Virus record (IMG/VR): IMGVR_UViG_3300029915_000731
Coordinates: 36,341 to 100,340 of that record
Length of the DNA: 64,000 bases
DNA from: a virus
Direction: 5' to 3' (one strand)
Below are positions 60,175 through 64,000 of this stretch, piece after piece (the first letter of the stretch is position 1; each line of letters begins with the position of its first letter). The position numbers and the translations under genes are program-made. Under the pieces are notes generated by a model. It did no database searches and was not told where the DNA came from. It worked only from the letters and a program-made list of their open reading frames with translations.

Positions 60175-60985
60175 ACTTTCGCTTTAGCTGCTGATTGACA
60201 TGACCGAGGTCACCCAACTTAATATACGGTATTTGTTGGACTCCGAGTTGAGACGCGGCGTGGATACGGTGCCGACCATCAGCAATATGCCCCTTTTCAT
60301 CCACGATTGCCGGGGGCATACGCTCTCCCTGTTGCATGGACTTCTTCATCTCATCCACATGGGGTTGCCCCCGGTTATCTCCAGCATCATCCCCCAGTCC
60401 CCAACCAGATATGTGCTTCATAGCGGTAGCGGTGGGCATCAGGTACACTGAAATGGGCGCGTCCCAATCAGGGTCGTCTTCGACCGGGGGTTCCATTGCT
60501 TCCGCCAAGTCGCTTACTAATTGAACAAAGTCGGGAAAATCACCCTCTAGGGAGCTAAGAACGACGGAGCCAACTGCTGGATGAGCCCAGTCACAACCAT
60601 TCTGCAAGTCTGCGGTCTTCTTCAAAAACTTAGATTCAAACCCCGTTTTGCCTTTCCCTCGCAGAGCAATCAACTCATCTTTGCCGCTGGCAAACTTGCC
60701 CTTCTTCTTAGAGTAGGGGGTTGGAATCTCAATCCCTCGCTTGAACATCCCGTAGTCGAGGACGGAGCTGAGGCTCTTCCCATGCCCCACCAGCCAGAAG
60801 GTGCCAAAGTCGGCGTACCAATCCTTGCGGGGTGCCATCTGGGGCTCAGCGCACCATTTGCGGCACACCACGACGCCCTCAAGGTTGTAGACCCGTTGCT
60901 TGAGGCGAAGTATGATGTGAGCCATGATGTGCTCAGGAACTTGGGTAAAATTAATCGGGCAGGAGAATACCGGGAGGGACGGCAT
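60155..60985 (-). CDS. Two-domain protein with C-terminal ParB/Srx-like domain
   Basis: PPAIVD...DGRHRIHAASQLG; linker FESKFLKKTA. Confidence 0.7.
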   Translation of the reverse strand: MPSLPVFSCPINFTQVPEHIMAHIILRLKQRVYNLEGVVVCRKWCAEPQMAPRKDWYADFGTFWLVGHGKSLSSVLDYGMFKRGIEIPTPYSKKKGKFASGKDELIALRGKGKTGFESKFLKKTADLQNGCDWAHPAVGSVVLSSLEGDFPDFVQLVSDLAEAMEPPVEDDPDWDAPISVYLMPTATAMKHISGWGLGDDAGDNRGQPHVDEMKKSMQQGERMPPAIVDEKGHIADGRHRIHAASQLGVQQIPYIKLGDLGHVNQQLKRKYDFMEP

Positions 60986-61161
60986 TAGACGAGTTCCGCA
61001 CCCTCTCCGAAGATGAACTTGGCGAACTCTGCCTCAGCAGCCTTGAGGTCTTCAGGGCTGGCGGCACGCTCGATGCGCGAGAGGTAACCCTCAATCGTCA
61101 GGGTGGCGGACTTCAGTTCAGAAGCGGTCACCATCTTCGAGGCTGTCTTAAGCTTGTCCAT
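60985..61161 (-). CDS. Small hypothetical protein (58 aa, leaderless)
   Basis: MDKLKTASKMVTASELK...GAELV; ATG 6 nt after the TATACT box; TAATG-coupled to the next gene. Confidence 0.7.
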   Translation of the reverse strand: MDKLKTASKMVTASELKSATLTIEGYLSRIERAASPEDLKAAEAEFAKFIFGEGAELV

Positions 61162-61167
61162 GTCTAT

Positions 61168-61197
61168 AGTATACTGGGGGAACCAAGATTTTGTCTA
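61168..61197 (-). promoter_or_regulatory. Early promoter TAGACA-N18-TATACT
   Basis: Repeated motif; ATG follows 6 nt after the -10 box. Confidence 0.75.
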
Positions 61198-61241
61198 GAG
61201 TTATTCCCTACTATGGGGCGGAAAGTCCTGTTTTGCACTGC

Positions 61242-61496
61242 TTAATCAGTGTCGAGGGTCTCCAAATGGTGGATTAGTGCAATTGCATCCCGCACAGTGA
61301 TATTCCTTACCACCAGAATATACTCCTTAAAGAGGAACCCATCATTCTCAAGGTCGAAGTCTAGACCCTGCATGAGGCAGTAACGTTTAATCATACCCAT
61401 CGGGTAGAGAAAACCTGCCTCTATGGTGACAGCCAGCCGCTTCACCTTGCCGGAGCTGCTCTGTAGCCGCCGTTTCGTTTCTTCCGTGGTCATCAC
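61242..61496 (-). CDS. Hypothetical protein
   Basis: 84-aa ORF with AGGAGG SD. Confidence 0.65.
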   Translation of the reverse strand: MMTTEETKRRLQSSSGKVKRLAVTIEAGFLYPMGMIKRYCLMQGLDFDLENDGFLFKEYILVVRNITVRDAIALIHHLETLDTD

Positions 61497-61502
61497 TACC
61501 TC

Positions 61503-61619
61503 CTAGTGGTTAAATATGAAGTAGCTCGCAAAGCACATCGCGTACGCTATGGCGAGCACGATGCCCAAGAAAACGAAACCCCTGAATCCATCTAGTGCGT
61601 GGTTCGCATGGTTTTTCAT
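61503..61619 (-). CDS. Small membrane protein (38 aa, leaderless)
   Basis: MKNHANHALDGFRGFVFLGIVLAIAYAMCFASYFIFNH; ATG 6 nt after TATACT. Confidence 0.6.
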   Translation of the reverse strand: MKNHANHALDGFRGFVFLGIVLAIAYAMCFASYFIFNH

Positions 61620-61625
61620 ACCAGT

Positions 61626-61655
61626 AGTATACCCGGAGGACCGCCTATTTGGCTA
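61626..61655 (-). promoter_or_regulatory. Early promoter TAGCCA-N18-TATACT
   Basis: Repeated motif with identical spacing. Confidence 0.7.
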
Positions 61656-61658
61656 GTA

Positions 61659-61820
61659 TTATTCCTGACTAACATGGCCGTTGCGGGCACACTTACAGGG
61701 AGTCTCCCACGGCGTGGTCTCTTCAGCAATCCCGGTGCAACGCTCGCACTGACCTAACTTGCAGTCAGTGCAGGTTTGGAGACGTTTGGGCTTCGGTTCA
61801 GTCGCTCTTGTAATCTTCAT
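61659..61820 (-). CDS. Small Cys-rich protein (53 aa, leaderless)
   Basis: MKITRATEPK...CTDC...CERC...CKC...H; ATG 6 nt after TATACT. Confidence 0.65.
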   Translation of the reverse strand: MKITRATEPKPKRLQTCTDCKLGQCERCTGIAEETTPWETPCKCARNGHVSQE

Positions 61821-61826
61821 ACTTGT

Positions 61827-61856
61827 AGTATACCAAGAGGGGTGGGATTTAGTCTA
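61827..61856 (-). promoter_or_regulatory. Early promoter TAGACT-N18-TATACT
   Basis: Repeated motif with identical spacing. Confidence 0.7.
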
Positions 61857-61862
61857 GAATAT

Positions 61863-62024
61863 TTATTTATTGTAGTAGCTTTTGCTGATTCTAAGGGGGC
61901 CGATGGCAATATTGAAATGCCAGCCGTCGTAGTAGAATTTACCCCATTCCAACATCCAGTATTTTGTAAAACAGACACCCCACGGGCCGTCTATCTCTGA
62001 CAATGGTGGTGGTTCTTTCATCAT
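61863..62024 (-). CDS. Small aromatic-rich protein (53 aa)
   Basis: MMKEPPPLSEIDGPWGVCFTKYWMLEWGKFYYDGWHF...; AGGAG SD. Confidence 0.55.
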   Translation of the reverse strand: MMKEPPPLSEIDGPWGVCFTKYWMLEWGKFYYDGWHFNIAIGPLRISKSYYNK

Positions 62025-62039
62025 AACTTTCTCCTAAAA

Positions 62040-62385
62040 ATCGGTAGGGGGAGCTTTTGGCTCCCCCATCCTAGCGACTGCGGGGCCGAAGCCCTGCTTG
62101 ATTTATAAGGGGTGTCACACCCCTCACGCTTCGCTTATTACTAAGCAGCAGCGGCCATAGCAAATTCATTGGCAGTTACTATTTTGCATGTCCGTTTAAC
62201 GAGAGCCATACAAACTCGGGTCGTCAGCAAATCCAGCACCAAATACCGTCGAATCTTTGACGAGCCCAAATAGGCGATTCAAGCCTAAGACTACCACTGC
62301 ATAATTTGGTGGACTCGGGGACATATGCTAGTCCCGTCCGATAATCAATGTAGACGCATCATCTCTTTCGAGGGGCACGACCATA
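62040..62385 (-). ncRNA. ssrA: tmRNA gene, circularly permuted (two-piece)
   Basis: Acceptor piece ends CGAGTCC-ACCA at 62307; coding piece starts GGGCTCG...GATTCGAC at 62267; 7-bp acceptor stem with G3.U70; pseudoknot 1; tag ORF ANEFAMAAAA at 62173-62144 then TAG TAA TAA. Outer ends approximate. Confidence 0.9.
62047..62067 (-). terminator. Terminator-like hairpin after the tmRNA
   Basis: GGGGGAGC-caaaa-GCTCCCCC followed shortly by a T run on the minus strand. Confidence 0.6.
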
Positions 62386-62390
62386 TAAAA

Positions 62391-62419
62391 ACAATACGCT
62401 AGTCTCCAGAATTTTGCAA
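62391..62419 (-). promoter_or_regulatory. Putative tmRNA promoter TTGCAA-N17-TATTGT
   Basis: Sigma70-like spacing; the predicted start (about 62385) coincides with the first paired segment of the acceptor piece. Confidence 0.55.
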
Positions 62420-62465
62420 CATGTTTTTGTGAGTTGAGGGTTTTCGAACTACCGTCTGCATTAGT

Positions 62466-63206
62466 ATGGCCCTCTACACTGTCTACAAAACAATCGACAC
62501 CCGAAATGAACACTACTACCTTGGCGTGCATAAAACCGCTAACCCCAACGATTCCTATTATGGGTCGGGCACCATTATCCGTAACCTCCTCGCCAAACAC
62601 GGGGAAGGCATTCTCCGAAAAGAAATTTTGTTCATCTACCCAACTGGAGAAGAAGCGTATGCCAAAGAGGATGAGTTGGTCGTGGTCTTTATCAACGACC
62701 CCCTCTGTTACAACCTGAGAAAAGGGGGACTCGGGGGGTTTGACTATATAAATAGAAATGGGTTACACAGGAGAGCACTTCCAGAAGTTGAAGCTGAAAA
62801 TGGAAAGCGGCTACAAAAATGGAGAGTGGGATTATCTCCCGAAGAACGACTTAAACTGAGCAGAGATGCGAATGCCCACTGGAGAGGAAAACACCACTCC
62901 CCCTCCTCGCTTGAAAAACTAAGTGCGGCTAGAAAAGGAAACAACAGTAGACAAGGGACTCGTTGGGTATACAACCTGAAATCAGGTCAAAAACGGCTAG
63001 TACCCGCCGATGAGGTAGACAGTCTCATTACGGAGGAGTGGGTGACCGGAAAGCTGAAAAAGAATAAATCTGCATCCAACTACGGGAAGCTGTGGATAAA
63101 TAACGGAACCATCAATAAGCTCATCAAACCCGCTGAATTAGCAGATTACACCGGGTGGGTGCGGGGTAGGCTCGACCCGTTTCAGCGTCATAACCGCTCT
63201 GTGTGA
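62466..63206 (+). CDS. Free-standing GIY-YIG (Seg-like) homing endonuclease
   Basis: YTVYKT...YYLGVH...YYGSG...E...YNL catalytic domain; NUMOD3-like GKHHS...KLSAARKG and WxxNG repeats. Confidence 0.85.
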   Translation: MALYTVYKTIDTRNEHYYLGVHKTANPNDSYYGSGTIIRNLLAKHGEGILRKEILFIYPTGEEAYAKEDELVVVFINDPLCYNLRKGGLGGFDYINRNGLHRRALPEVEAENGKRLQKWRVGLSPEERLKLSRDANAHWRGKHHSPSSLEKLSAARKGNNSRQGTRWVYNLKSGQKRLVPADEVDSLITEEWVTGKLKKNKSASNYGKLWINNGTINKLIKPAELADYTGWVRGRLDPFQRHNRSV

Positions 63207-63281
63207 GGATACGCGACTATCATTTTGCCCTTTATGGCAGCATCCGGGAACACCGCGTGAACTTCCTCCAAATAGGTGTAA
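63188..63281 (-). pseudogene. 3' fragment of a SAM-methyltransferase paralog
   Basis: TYLEEVHAVFPDAAIKGKMI aligns with TYLSEVQKVFPDAILSGRVI of the gene at 63374. Confidence 0.7.
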
Positions 63282-63363
63282 AAACTCATCTTCAAAGGCG
63301 GCGACCTTCTTCCCTTCGATGAAAAATCCAAAAATACTATACCCAAGTTCAGGATTCTGAGTA
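63282..63363 (+). pseudogene. Degenerate 3' fragment of a gene X paralog
   Basis: KLIFKGGDLLPFDEKS(frameshift)YYTQVQ versus QLVYKNSDLFPFDETAEEYYTKIQ in 59026-59376. Confidence 0.7.
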
Positions 63364-63373
63364 ATAATGGGGT

Positions 63374-64000
63374 ATGACCTCTACCAACTACTCTGGGCCT
63401 TGGATGTATCAACAGTACACCTCGGCCATGACATGCGTGAACCAAGTTCCAGCCACATTCAAGACTATCGACTGGGTGCCCGGAACTGTGAACCTTGACT
63501 ATGGTGGGGGAAGGTTTGAGACAGCCACGAAATACCTGAGGGCACATAGTGTCACCAACCTAGTCTACGACCCCTATAACCGCTCTGATGAGCATAACGC
63601 GGCTGTCCTAGCCTTGTTGTTGAACGTAAAGGCAGACACCGCAACCTTGTGCAATGTCCTCAACGTCATCAAAGAGTGGCAGATGCGGCAGCAGGTTCTC
63701 AGGAATATTCACGGTCTAGTCAAGCCGGGTGGGCTCATCTACATTAGTTGCTACCGTGGCCGGGATACCGAACCCTCGGTGACTAGCCACGGTTGGCAGG
63801 AGAATCGTCCTCCGGTCACCTATTTGTCTGAGGTACAAAAGGTATTCCCAGATGCGATACTCAGTGGTAGGGTGATCTACGGGAGAAACCTGCCGCTGGT
63901 CAACAAAACTGGTCACGACTTGTTCGTACAGGCAATAGGTGATCTCATCGCTGCCCACGCACCCTCCAGCGAGTACGAGAGTGCAGAAGAGTTCTTGGCA
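63374..64000 (+). CDS. Class I SAM-dependent methyltransferase; runs off the right edge
   Basis: Absent from the ORF track. Hand translation MTSTNYSGPW...LDYGGGRF...YDPYN...NVLNVI...VKPGG, open to the window end. Confidence 0.8.
   Translation, partial: MTSTNYSGPWMYQQYTSAMTCVNQVPATFKTIDWVPGTVNLDYGGGRFETATKYLRAHSVTNLVYDPYNRSDEHNAAVLALLLNVKADTATLCNVLNVIKEWQMRQQVLRNIHGLVKPGGLIYISCYRGRDTEPSVTSHGWQENRPPVTYLSEVQKVFPDAILSGRVIYGRNLPLVNKTGHDLFVQAIGDLIAAHAPSSEYESAEEFLA

Noticed and set aside
60246-60254. AGTTGAGAC as a target of the intact TnpB guide
   Set aside because: Only 9 nt match and no TAM-like motif precedes it; plausible by chance in 64 kb.
62307-62340. A stand-alone tRNA gene
   Set aside because: No anticodon arm or upstream 5' acceptor strand; the pairing strand lies downstream, as in a permuted tmRNA.
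62328-62600. 90-aa minus-strand ORF overlapping the tmRNA start
   Set aside because: Antisense to the GIY-YIG gene and overlapping structured RNA; no protein-like motifs.
63188-63547. 119-aa minus-strand ORF as a real gene
   Set aside because: Mostly antisense to the 63374 MTase; only its last about 30 codons are a meaningful paralog fragment.
1-64000. Stop-codon reassignment
   Set aside because: Genes are long and tightly packed under the standard code; TAA, TAG and TGA all end genes at coupled junctions.

Overview
A 64 kb segment of a large, probably jumbo, contractile-tailed (myovirus-like) phage genome using the standard genetic code. 1-5.4 kb (minus): replication/nucleotide module (partial class II ribonucleotide reductase, DnaC-like loader, initiator-like proteins, DnaB-like helicase). 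5.5-50 kb (mostly plus): tail/baseplate operon with a tape-measure-like gene, hub, spike, gp25-like and baseplate-J-like genes, about 15 kb of Ig-repeat/adhesin-like genes and three peptidoglycan-active domains. 50-64 kb: accessory region with an IS200/IS605 TnpB-only element, multidomain ParB/NUDIX/Zn-finger proteins sharing a short LL-K-x-A type motif, two methyltransferase families, small leaderless early genes and a GIY-YIG endonuclease. The most notable items are not in the ORF track: (1) a circularly permuted two-piece tmRNA gene (tag ANEFAMAAAA) at about 62040-62385; (2) an orphan TnpB omegaRNA/right end whose guide nearly matches a TTAC-flanked site in the neighbouring DNA methyltransferase gene; (3) an apparent 3.8 kb inversion that split a methyltransferase gene onto opposite strands; (4) a TnpB apparently lacking the RuvC-II glutamate. 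All functional calls come from motif recognition by eye; no database searches were run.
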